Shown here piece after piece: positions 1 through 8,581 of a stretch of 64,000 bases of DNA. Source of the DNA: Bryobacterales bacterium (lineage in GTDB: Bacteria; Acidobacteriota; Terriglobia; Bryobacterales; Bryobacteraceae); the NCBI GenBank assembly GCA_003167495.1, contig PMSX01000224.1:20216-84215 (forward strand). Reading direction: 5' to 3'. Each line of letters opens with the position of its first letter. Position 1 is the first letter of the stretch. Both the position numbers and the translations under genes were made by a program. Below the pieces are notes generated by a model. That model was not told the origin of the DNA and made no database searches. It worked only from the letters and a program-made list of their open reading frames with translations.

Positions 1-2613
1 TTCCTGTGCTTTCTTTTCCTGATAAGACATGCCCATGTAGTCATAGCCCATCTCTTTCGGCATGGTTTGATCGAACGTCTCTTCGAGCGCTTTCATGGCC
101 TGCGTTGAGCTGTATCCGGGAGCCGCGCCACCGATGATTTGAGCCGAACGGTAAAGGTTATAGCGCATGGTGAATTCCGGCCCAGGGAGCGATTCGAATT
201 TTGTGAGCGCGGTGAGTGGAACCATTTCACCTTGTGAGTTGCGCACGTAGAACTTACCTATTTGATCGAGATTGTTACGGTATTCGCCTTCAGCTTCGAT
301 GTATACCTGCCATTGGCGGCCGAAGCGATTGAAGTAGTTCACAAACAAACCACCCATGTAGGCTTGGATAGTGCGGTAAACATCGCTCAACGCCACGCCT
401 TGCTTCAAAGCTTTCTCGCGGTCGACGTCCAGAAATTGCTGCGGAACGCTTGGCAGGAACGTGCTAACCAGGCCTGGAGCGATTTCCGGACGCTTGGATG
501 CCGCGGCGATAAACTTCTGGAGATTGGCGGCCAGAAAGTCTACGTCTTTGCCGGCGCGATCTTCGAGAACGAAGGTGAATCCGCCGGAGGTTCCAACGCC
601 GGGAATAGCGGGCGGAGGAAAGCTCAGCGCGAACCCATCGGGGAGTTTGGCCAGTTCCTGATTCACATGCTGCACGATTTCCTGATACTGTGTCTGGCGG
701 CTGGTACGATCTTTCCAGTCGTCGAGCGTGACGAAAAAGAATCCAGTGTAGCTGGTGCTAACGAAGCTCAGCAGGCTGAAGCCCGCCACACGAGTGGTAT
801 ATTTAACGCCCGGAGTGTGCAACAGAATTTTCTCAACTTTGGCGCACGCTGCTTCGGTACGCTCAAGCGACGAAGCGTTGGGAAGCTGCAAGTGCATAAA
901 CATGTAGCCTTGATCCTCCCCCGGCAGGAAACTCGAAGGAAGCTTGCTATTGAAGAATGCCGCGCCCAGGCCTGCTACTGCCAGCACGATGAAGGCGACG
1001 GCGCTTTTGCGGATAAGGGTGCCAGACCAGCGCAGATAGCCGTGCTTTGTCCGTTCAAACCCGCGGTTAAACCAGTTGAAGAAGCGCCGCAGCGGTCCGT
1101 GGCTTTCCTGCTTGGGCTTGAGCAGTAAGGCAGCCAGTGCTGGACTCAGCGTTAGCGCGTTGAACGCCGACAGGATCACGGAAATGGCGATGGTCACAGC
1201 GAACTGCTGATATAAGCGTCCCGTGATGCCGGGGATAAAAACAGTTGGGACGAAGACTGCCGAGAGCACAAGGGCGATGCCGATGACCGGTCCGGATATT
1301 TCTTCCATCGCTTTGAGGGCAGCTGGTTTGGGCGCCATGCCTTCTTCCATGTGGCGTTCGACAGCTTCGACGACGACGATGGCATCGTCCACCACGAGTC
1401 CGATGGCCAGCACCAGACCGAATAGCGAGAGCGTGTTGATGGTGAATCCGAAAACCGGAAACATAATGAATGTTCCGATCAACGAAACCGGCACCGCGAG
1501 CAAAGGAATCAGCGTGGCGCGCCATCCTTGCAGGAACAAATAGACAACTACGGTGACCAGGACAATAGAAATCAAGATGGTCTGAACGATGTCGCGAATG
1601 CCCTGGGTGACGGACTCGGTGGTGTCGAGCGAGACGACGTAATCGACATCTTGCGGGAAGCGTTTCTTTGCTTCCTCCATCACTTTGCGGACTCCTTTCG
1701 CAGCGTCGACGGCGTTAGTTCCGGGCAATTGATAAACGGCGACGATCGCGCCCGGCTTGCCGTTGATGCGGCCCGACAAGGTGTAATCTTGCGCGCCGAG
1801 TTCGATGCGCGCCACATCGCGCACGCGAACTATGCCGCCGTCAGGCAGTTCGCGGATGATGACGTTGCCAAACTGTTCAGGTGTGGTCAGCCGGCCTTGT
1901 GCGCGCACCGAATATGTGTATTCTTGGCCTTTGGGTGACGGTGACCCGCCAATCTGGCCTGCCGGATTCACCGTATTCTGCGCTTGAATCGCGGAAACAA
2001 CCTCTGTCACAGTGATGCCGAGCTTGGCCAGCTGATCGGGCTTAATCCACAGGCGCATGGCATACTGGCCCGCGCCGAACACTTGAACGTTGCCAATGCC
2101 GGGAACGCGAGTCAACTGATCATTCAGATTGATATAGGAGTAATTGGCGAGAAATTTCCCGTCGTAAGTGCCGTTGGGCGAGAATAAGCCCAAGACCATG
2201 AGTGGCGCGGTGACAGATTTCTGCACAGTTACACCGAAGTTAGTCACATCTTGCGGAAGTTGGGAGGCCGCCTGGGTCTCGCGCATCTGGGTGAGCATCA
2301 GGTCGGTATTTGGATCGCTCTTCACATCGAAGTTCACGATCATGGTCATCTGCCCGTTGCCCGCCGCGTTCAACGAGTACATGTAGTTCAGGTTGTCGAC
2401 GCCGCTCATCTGCTGCTCGATCGGCGTCGCCACGGATTGCTCTATGGTTTGGGCATCAGCTCCCACATAGGTGGCTCGAATCTGCACCTCGGGAGGTGCG
2501 ATGGCGGGAAACTGGGCGATTGGGAGCTGGGCGATGGTCACCGCGCCGATAATCACCATCAGCAGCGAGATCACCATCGCGACAATGGGACGATTAATGA
2601 AAAATTTCGACAT
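1..2613 (-). CDS. RND (AcrB/HAE1-type) efflux permease, N-terminal 871 codons; the C-terminus lies beyond the left window edge
   Basis: This ORF is absent from the track because it stays open to the window edge. Hand translation of the minus frame from ATG 2613..2611 gives MSKFFINRPIVAMVISLLMVIIGAVTIAQLPIAQFPAIAPPEV...LVLAIGLVVDDAIVVVEAVERHMEEG..., a typical AcrB N-terminus and TM4 region. The start overlaps the stop of the upstream adaptor gene (TGATG). Confidence 0.9.
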   Translation of the reverse strand, partial: MSKFFINRPIVAMVISLLMVIIGAVTIAQLPIAQFPAIAPPEVQIRATYVGADAQTIEQSVATPIEQQMSGVDNLNYMYSLNAAGNGQMTMIVNFDVKSDPNTDLMLTQMRETQAASQLPQDVTNFGVTVQKSVTAPLMVLGLFSPNGTYDGKFLANYSYINLNDQLTRVPGIGNVQVFGAGQYAMRLWIKPDQLAKLGITVTEVVSAIQAQNTVNPAGQIGGSPSPKGQEYTYSVRAQGRLTTPEQFGNVIIRELPDGGIVRVRDVARIELGAQDYTLSGRINGKPGAIVAVYQLPGTNAVDAAKGVRKVMEEAKKRFPQDVDYVVSLDTTESVTQGIRDIVQTILISIVLVTVVVYLFLQGWRATLIPLLAVPVSLIGTFIMFPVFGFTINTLSLFGLVLAIGLVVDDAIVVVEAVERHMEEGMAPKPAALKAMEEISGPVIGIALVLSAVFVPTVFIPGITGRLYQQFAVTIAISVILSAFNALTLSPALAALLLKPKQESHGPLRRFFNWFNRGFERTKHGYLRWSGTLIRKSAVAFIVLAVAGLGAAFFNSKLPSSFLPGEDQGYMFMHLQLPNASSLERTEAACAKVEKILLHTPGVKYTTRVAGFSLLSFVSTSYTGFFFVTLDDWKDRTSRQTQYQEIVQHVNQELAKLPDGFALSFPPPAIPGVGTSGGFTFVLEDRAGKDVDFLAANLQKFIAAASKRPEIAPGLVSTFLPSVPQQFLDVDREKALKQGVALSDVYRTIQAYMGGLFVNYFNRFGRQWQVYIEAEGEYRNNLDQIGKFYVRNSQGEMVPLTALTKFESLPGPEFTMRYNLYRSAQIIGGAAPGYSSTQAMKALEETFDQTMPKEMGYDYMGMSYQEKKAQE

Positions 2614-3860
2614 CAATTAGCTTCCTTGGGAGTTACCTGTCCGCCCGGCCGGATTTTAAACAATCCGTCGGCCACCACTCGCTCACCGGGTTTCAGGCCT
2701 TCGTTTACCACCCAGTCGGAGCCAATGCGATCTCCCACTTGGACCATGGCGAAGCGGATGGTATTGTTAGGATCGACGACAGCTACTGAATAGTTGCCTT
2801 GAATCTCGTTGACAGCTCTCTGTGGCACCAGCAATGCGCCGGTTCGCATGCCGATGAAAGCACGAACCATTCCATACAAGCCGGGCCGCAAAATATTACC
2901 TGGATTGGGGAACAGGCCCGTCAGTTGAATCGCACCCGTGGATGCGTTCACTTGACGGTCCGCGAAAGAGAAGCGTCCTTTGTGGGGATAGACGGTGCCG
3001 TCAGAGAGGATGAGTTCGAGTTGTAGGTCGTTCATCGAACCGTGGCGGGTCAGGCTCAAATATTCCTGCTCACTCACCGAGAAATTCGCTTTGATTGGAT
3101 TTACGGTGGAAACTGTAGTTACCGCGGGGCTGGAAGGGCTGACCAGGTTGCCAACCTGAGTCGTGGCGACTCCCACGATACCGTCGATGGGAGACAGTAG
3201 TCTGGTGAAGCCTAAATTTACCTTAGCGTTTTCGACAGCAGCCGCAGCGGCCGTGACGGCTGCCTTGGCGGCTTCAATCTGCGCTTGCGCGGTGTCAACT
3301 TGGGCTTGCGCGGCGGCTACCTGCGCTTGCTGTGATTGATTGGTCTGCATGGCGTTGTCTAAGTCCTGTTGCGTGATCGCCTCCTGCTTCGCTAGTGGGA
3401 TGTAGCGATTCTCGTCAAGCTGCGCCTTGCGCTGGTTGGCCTGAGCGCTAGCAAGCTGCGCGCGCGCCTGGAGCAACCCAGATTGCGCTTGCAGAACCTG
3501 AGCTTTTGCCTGGGCCAATTGCCCTTCGGCCTGATCGGCGGTGGCTTGGAACGGCCTAGGGTCGATCTCGAACAACAGTTGCCCTTTGCGAACATACGAC
3601 CCTTCCGCGTAGTTTTGCGTAAGAAGATTTCCGGTAACCTGAGCTTTGACTGCGGCGTTCACCATTCCATCAAGCGTGCCGACCCATTCGCGCTCGATCG
3701 GGACATCTTTTTGCCGCACAACAGCGATCTCGACGTCCGGCGGCGGCCCGGAACTCGCAGCGGCCGTTTTCGACATGCATCCCACAGTCCCGCCCAGCAC
3801 AACGCTCACAAGGACAGCAGCCACAAACAGTTTCGTTCGATTCTTGAAATGATCTATCAC
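2613..3860 (-). CDS. RND efflux periplasmic adaptor (HlyD/AcrA-type membrane fusion lipoprotein)
   Basis: 415-aa ORF with a lipoprotein-like signal (..VLGGTVGC). It has a Q/A-rich coiled-coil hairpin (QAQVAAAQAQVDTAQAQIEAAKAA) and sits directly upstream of the RND permease. The GTG start overlaps the stop of the STAS gene. Confidence 0.88.
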   Translation of the reverse strand: MIDHFKNRTKLFVAAVLVSVVLGGTVGCMSKTAAASSGPPPDVEIAVVRQKDVPIEREWVGTLDGMVNAAVKAQVTGNLLTQNYAEGSYVRKGQLLFEIDPRPFQATADQAEGQLAQAKAQVLQAQSGLLQARAQLASAQANQRKAQLDENRYIPLAKQEAITQQDLDNAMQTNQSQQAQVAAAQAQVDTAQAQIEAAKAAVTAAAAAVENAKVNLGFTRLLSPIDGIVGVATTQVGNLVSPSSPAVTTVSTVNPIKANFSVSEQEYLSLTRHGSMNDLQLELILSDGTVYPHKGRFSFADRQVNASTGAIQLTGLFPNPGNILRPGLYGMVRAFIGMRTGALLVPQRAVNEIQGNYSVAVVDPNNTIRFAMVQVGDRIGSDWVVNEGLKPGERVVADGLFKIRPGGQVTPKEAN

Positions 3861-4210
3861 TCGTTTCTCCCGTTCTTGATTTTGTTCGGTTTGCCGCAGT
3901 TAATCAGCGGGCCAATGAACCGCCGAAGCGGCCGCTGTCCCTTCGCTTTCAGGTTCTCCAGCAGATATTTCGTGTCGACGCCCCCGGCGATAAATGTGAC
4001 TCCTTCGCACGTCATGTCGGACAAGAGAGTCTCTCCGCTCTCATCTATAAATGTGACGTCAGTGAGGTCCACGACAGTGTGGGCACCGCCTGCAACCTTG
4101 CGAGCATGCTGCCAACACGTGCGCAACTCCGCGACCCAGGGACCTGTCAATTGTCCGCATAACGTCCACCGCTCTTCTGTCTCTGTTTGATCGTGTGCGA
4201 TCCGCAACAT
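3857..4210 (-). CDS. STAS-domain (SpoIIAA/anti-sigma-antagonist-like) protein, first gene of the efflux operon
   Basis: 117-aa ORF with the motif TVVDLTDVTFIDESGETLL, which resembles the STAS 'DLSxVxFxDSSG' loop with Glu in place of the phospho-Ser. The stop overlaps the adaptor gene start. Confidence 0.6.
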   Translation of the reverse strand: MLRIAHDQTETEERWTLCGQLTGPWVAELRTCWQHARKVAGGAHTVVDLTDVTFIDESGETLLSDMTCEGVTFIAGGVDTKYLLENLKAKGQRPLRRFIGPLINCGKPNKIKNGRNE

Positions 4211-4237
4211 GCGCGACTCACTTTCAGTTTGTGGGAG

Positions 4238-4254
4238 TGCATGCCGTAAACCAA
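4238..4254 (-). promoter_or_regulatory. candidate sigma-54 (-24/-12) promoter for the STAS-adaptor-RND operon
   Basis: The minus strand reads TTGGtttacggcaTGCA. The TGG-N9-TGC spacing matches the consensus TGGCACG-N4-TTGCW. It ends 28 nt upstream of ATG 4210 and lies next to a sigma-54 activator gene. Confidence 0.5.
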
Positions 4255-4389
4255 TTGCCGCCGTGGGCTCGAAAGCGCTAATTGCCTGATAGCTCGAGGG
4301 TATCGGAGAGCGGGTGCGGATACCGCTGGGCAGTACGCCACAGCAGCGTGACAGGAAGCTGGTTTACTGCCGGGATTTCGGCACCTGAT

Positions 4390-6489
4390 TTACACGCCAG
4401 TGCGAGAAACACGGATGCCAAGCTTCTGCATTCGCGATTGCAATGTGGAGCGCTTCATTCCAAGCCTGGCGGCGGCGCCGTTTGGCCCGGCAACGGTCCA
4501 GTTGGCTTGTTCGAGTGCCGAAACAATCTGTTTACGCTCGGCGTCGTCGAGCGTGGCGCGCATGTTCTGACCGTTTCCGTTTGAAGTCGCCACATAGCTC
4601 CCGGCGCCCGGCGCTGATGGAAGCGAAGCCCCAGGCGGCAACCGAAGATCCTCGCTTGGCACATTTAAGACCAGACCCTTGGTGAGGATCACAGCGCGTT
4701 CGATCACGTTCTGTAGCTCCCGGATGTTGCCGGGCCACGGATACTTCACCAAAGTAGTCATGGTCTGCGAGGGGATTGTGTCGATAACCTTGCTGATGCG
4801 CCGGCTAAATTGTTGCACGAAGTGCCGCACCAGCAGCGGAATGTCTTCGGGGCGTTCGCGTAGCGCCGGGACGCGTACTGGAAACACGTTTAGCCGGTAA
4901 TAGAGGTCGGAACGGAATTTCTGTTCGCTTACCAGGGCCTCGAGATCGCGGTTGGTGGCTGCGATAAGTCTTGCATCGGTGTGTAAGGTCCGGGTCGAAC
5001 CAAGACGCTCAAATTCGCGCTCTTGCAATACGCGCAGAAGCTTAGGCTGGAGTTCGAGCGGCACTTCGCCAATCTCGTCTAAGAACATGGTTCCGCGGTT
5101 TGCCAACTCAAATCGCCCAATGCGTTGCGATATAGCGCCAGTGAAAGCGCCGCGCTCGTGGCCGAATAGCTCGCTTTCGAGCAGCCCTGTGGGAATGGCG
5201 GCACAGTTCAGCTTGACGAAGCCGTTCGACTGGCGCCCGCTTAAGTTGTGCACCGCGCGAGCGATCAATTCTTTGCCGGTTCCTGTTTCGCCATAGATAA
5301 GAACTGTGGAATCGGTAGGCGCAACGGTTTCCACCTGTTCCAAGACACGGCGCAGAGCCTCGCTTTTGCCCACAATCTCTTCGAACTTCAACTCGCTGCG
5401 GATTTCGTCCTCGAGGTATAACTTTTCTTGGGTGAGTTTGTTCTTGAGGTCGGATACCTCGCCATACGCCCGAGCGTTCTCGATCGCGGTTGCCACTTGG
5501 CGCGCGATCTGGCCAAGGAATGTAAGGTCTTCTTGGCAAAAGGCCTGTTGACGATAGCTGCCGAGGCTGAGCACTCCAACGATGCCCTCGCGGCCTTTGA
5601 GCGGCACGTGCGCCAGGGAGTGTATCCCGAGATCCGGCATAGAAGGTTCCCGTTCGATCTCCTCTTTGGAGAGAATGAGAGGTTCGCCCGACGTGAACAC
5701 GCGCAGCGCGCTCGCTTCCTTATGGGCGGGGGGTTCGTAGCCCTCTTCAATGATGCCAGGCTTGTCGGGAAGATCGAGCGCATAGAGCCGCAGCTTCTTG
5801 TCTTCTCCGGGCAGATCGATCCCTACGCCGTCGCACTGCATCACACGCCGGATGTTCGCGGAAATCTCGCGGAGCACGTCGCGCAGGTCCAAGTTCGACA
5901 CCACACGATTAGTGAGGTCAAGCAGCAGTTCGAGGCGTTCCTGGGCGCGTTGCGACGCTTGAAAATTGATGGCGTCGTCCATCGCCAATGCGATCTGGTT
6001 GGCCACCAACGAACAGAAGCGGACTTCCTGCGGTGAATAGGCGTTGCTGTGAACGCTGGCGATCACCAAGCTGCCGAGCTTCCTGTGCGCGGTGGTTAAT
6101 GGAAAAGCGCAGACCGATTGCAGCCCAGCCTGACGCATGATATCTGTGGAAGCGGGAAAGCGGGTTTCGCCGTGCAGCGTGGCGAGGACCGCCGTTTCCT
6201 GGTGCCGGTACACCCAAGCTGCTAGCGTGTCGTCACTGTCGAGGTCGGAAGGCAAAGACTCCGGCTGGCGGCATTCGGAGCACATATGCCAATGGACCTT
6301 GTTTGAGCGTTCATCGAATTGCGCAATCGCGTCGAACTCAAGCACCTGACCCAGTTCGTGAACCAGCATTCCGAACAGCTCCTGCGAGTTTCTCAGAGCG
6401 CGCACCGAGGTGGCGATCCGTATCAGAGACTCGTACTTTGCCGCCGTAGACTGATCTACTTGGCTTTCAAGAAGGGTCGATGTCGACAT
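4390..6489 (-). CDS. sigma-54-dependent transcriptional activator (tandem GAF-like sensor regions, AAA+ domain, Fis-type HTH)
   Basis: 699-aa ORF with Walker A GETGTGKE, the sigma-54 contact loop ERGAFTGA, and a C-terminal HTH (AARLGMKRSTLQSRMQKLGI). The long N-terminal region resembles FhlA-type tandem GAF sensors. Confidence 0.9.
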   Translation of the reverse strand: MSTSTLLESQVDQSTAAKYESLIRIATSVRALRNSQELFGMLVHELGQVLEFDAIAQFDERSNKVHWHMCSECRQPESLPSDLDSDDTLAAWVYRHQETAVLATLHGETRFPASTDIMRQAGLQSVCAFPLTTAHRKLGSLVIASVHSNAYSPQEVRFCSLVANQIALAMDDAINFQASQRAQERLELLLDLTNRVVSNLDLRDVLREISANIRRVMQCDGVGIDLPGEDKKLRLYALDLPDKPGIIEEGYEPPAHKEASALRVFTSGEPLILSKEEIEREPSMPDLGIHSLAHVPLKGREGIVGVLSLGSYRQQAFCQEDLTFLGQIARQVATAIENARAYGEVSDLKNKLTQEKLYLEDEIRSELKFEEIVGKSEALRRVLEQVETVAPTDSTVLIYGETGTGKELIARAVHNLSGRQSNGFVKLNCAAIPTGLLESELFGHERGAFTGAISQRIGRFELANRGTMFLDEIGEVPLELQPKLLRVLQEREFERLGSTRTLHTDARLIAATNRDLEALVSEQKFRSDLYYRLNVFPVRVPALRERPEDIPLLVRHFVQQFSRRISKVIDTIPSQTMTTLVKYPWPGNIRELQNVIERAVILTKGLVLNVPSEDLRLPPGASLPSAPGAGSYVATSNGNGQNMRATLDDAERKQIVSALEQANWTVAGPNGAAARLGMKRSTLQSRMQKLGIRVSRTGV

Positions 6490-6619
6490 GCCCCAAATAC
6501 CCTAAATCCATCCGATGCCGTCGCGGCAGTCGAGGATTCAGACCAATCTTGGTTTGTGCCCTGCTTCTGAAACTCTCCCGCTCCGAGAAACTGTCGCGAG
6601 TCGAGTTACCGGGCATCCG

Positions 6620-8581
6620 CTACTGCACAACCAACGGCAATTCCACGAAGCTCGCGTCACCTTCCGTATGAAACACGCGCTGGGTTGCCTGTCGATAATC
6701 CTGAGGCTTCGCCCAAAAAATGTTTTGCACAAACGTCTGCGGATTTCGGTCGTACAACGGAAACCAACTCGATTGTACCTGCACCATCATCCGATGTCCT
6801 GCCAGAAACACATGATTTGCCGTCGGCAGCGCAAACTTATACAACAGCGGCTTTCCCGCTTCAATGGCCTTTGGAGTCTCAAGGCTTTCCCGATAACGCC
6901 CTCGGAAAATATCGGCTGAGATCATTAGCTGATAACCACCCATTTCCGCATCTCCAGCCACTTCATCCGGGTATACGTCGATGACTTTAACTACCCAGTC
7001 CGAATCCGTGCCGCTTGTGGAGGCGATGAGATTCACTACCGGCTGCCCGCTAATCTTCACTGGTTCACGCAACGTGTCTGAGACGAACACGGCCACGTCG
7101 GTTCTACCCGATGCCTCTCTTTGGTCACTTACTAACCAGTTCTGCCACGTCTGTCCAGATCCCAAATCCGGTCTCCTCCGAAACGGCACCGGTTTGGCCG
7201 GATCGGACACATATTCGTCATAGGCGGAGTCGCCCGGCTTGGGAGGTGCAAATCCCGCCCGCCCTCCCGCCGTCAAATAGAGGGGCGTCGGCTTGATGGT
7301 GCAACCAGTCAAACAACCGTCTGGCCAAGACGGTAGCTTCAACCATTTGTTCGTGCCCGTCTCGAAGGCGGTCACAGGGGAAATCACATTCTCTGAACCG
7401 GAGTCTTTCAGATAGTGATCCAGAAACGGCCGCAGGACATTCTGACGAAAGTATAAGGCCGTGTCGCTATGAAACTTTAAAGCGCCGAGCGAACTGCCAT
7501 CCCCAATCTCTTGCCCGTGAAACCACGGCCCCATAACCAGGAACACTTTATCGTTTGCGGTGTCCTTCGGCTTGATGGCTTTGTAAACCGCCAGCGCCCC
7601 GTAGATGTCTTCCTGGTCCCACAAGCTAGCCACTAGCAGAACCGGCACTTTCAGAGGTTGCGAGCCCAGAATTCTATCCATAGCCTGGTCGCGCCAAAAT
7701 GCATCATAGCTTGGATGCGCTAGAATTTTCCGCCAGAAACCAATCTGCTCCATGCCGTGCCGCTGCCCCAGTTCGCCCGCAGAACCCTCCTCCAAGTAAA
7801 CATCCCAGTCATCCTGATGCCCGGTCCACCATCTCTCTGAGTTATCACGCGACGCTTCCTGTTCGTAGATGTAAGACATCCCCAATTCGCGGAACGCCCC
7901 GTTGTGAAACCAGTCGTCACCCATCCAGCCATCAACCATAGGGTTCATCGGAACCGACACTTTTAACGCCGGGTGCGGATTCACCAGCGCCATCAGTGGC
8001 GTAAATCCGTCGTAGGAGATACCAAGAATCCCCACCCTCCCATTGCTCTCGGGAGTGTTCTTCACCAGCCAGTCGATGGTGTCGTAGGTGTCTGTCGAGT
8101 GATCCACGGGAGTCGGGTTTTGTGGGCCGCTGAGAGGCCTGTTCATCACGTAATCGCCTTCAGAGCCATATTTGCCTCTCACGTCCTCCACCACGCGTAT
8201 GTAACCGCCATCTACAATCACGTCGACGGCGTTGTCGTAACCCTGTAGAATCGGCCCTAGATGCGGACTCGCCGCATGGCTAGTCAGTCCAGTAGCGTTG
8301 TACGGCGTGCGTGTCAAGAGAATGGGAGCATTCCTTGCGCCTTTCGGAATTAGGACGACCGCGTGTAACTTCACGCCGTCGCGCATGGGAATCATTACGT
8401 CGCGCCTCACATAATCAAAGCTGTTAGTGGATGCCTGGATCTTGGCCGGTATTTCGCTCGGGTAATTTGGATAGAGCGGCGTCTGCGCCCGCACCAACAC
8501 TACCGCGAGCCCCATCGCCACCAGTAAATGTGTCGGTCTCATGATCGAATTATTAGAGCACATCGCGCGCCAGCTGCTCAT
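6620..8581 (-). CDS. CocE/NonD-family (S15, X-Pro dipeptidyl-peptidase-like) serine hydrolase, exported
   Basis: 653-aa ORF with family hallmarks: LTRTPYN, GILGISYDG (GxSxxG nucleophile elbow) and a C-terminal beta-sandwich ending ...VQSSWFPLYDRNPQTF. The signal peptide is MRPTHLLVAMGLAVVLVRAQ. The start is ambiguous: 8581 (TGATG-coupled to the upstream gene) or ATG 8542. Confidence 0.85.
   Translation of the reverse strand: MSSWRAMCSNNSIMRPTHLLVAMGLAVVLVRAQTPLYPNYPSEIPAKIQASTNSFDYVRRDVMIPMRDGVKLHAVVLIPKGARNAPILLTRTPYNATGLTSHAASPHLGPILQGYDNAVDVIVDGGYIRVVEDVRGKYGSEGDYVMNRPLSGPQNPTPVDHSTDTYDTIDWLVKNTPESNGRVGILGISYDGFTPLMALVNPHPALKVSVPMNPMVDGWMGDDWFHNGAFRELGMSYIYEQEASRDNSERWWTGHQDDWDVYLEEGSAGELGQRHGMEQIGFWRKILAHPSYDAFWRDQAMDRILGSQPLKVPVLLVASLWDQEDIYGALAVYKAIKPKDTANDKVFLVMGPWFHGQEIGDGSSLGALKFHSDTALYFRQNVLRPFLDHYLKDSGSENVISPVTAFETGTNKWLKLPSWPDGCLTGCTIKPTPLYLTAGGRAGFAPPKPGDSAYDEYVSDPAKPVPFRRRPDLGSGQTWQNWLVSDQREASGRTDVAVFVSDTLREPVKISGQPVVNLIASTSGTDSDWVVKVIDVYPDEVAGDAEMGGYQLMISADIFRGRYRESLETPKAIEAGKPLLYKFALPTANHVFLAGHRMMVQVQSSWFPLYDRNPQTFVQNIFWAKPQDYRQATQRVFHTEGDASFVELPLVVQ

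Noticed and set aside
262-1128. 288-aa plus-strand ORF, plus several 60-180-aa ORFs across 1..2600
   Set aside because: They lie antisense to, or out of frame with, the RND permease, whose minus-strand frame gives unmistakable AcrB-like sequence. Their products are Arg/Gly/Ala-rich shadow translations typical of GC-rich DNA.
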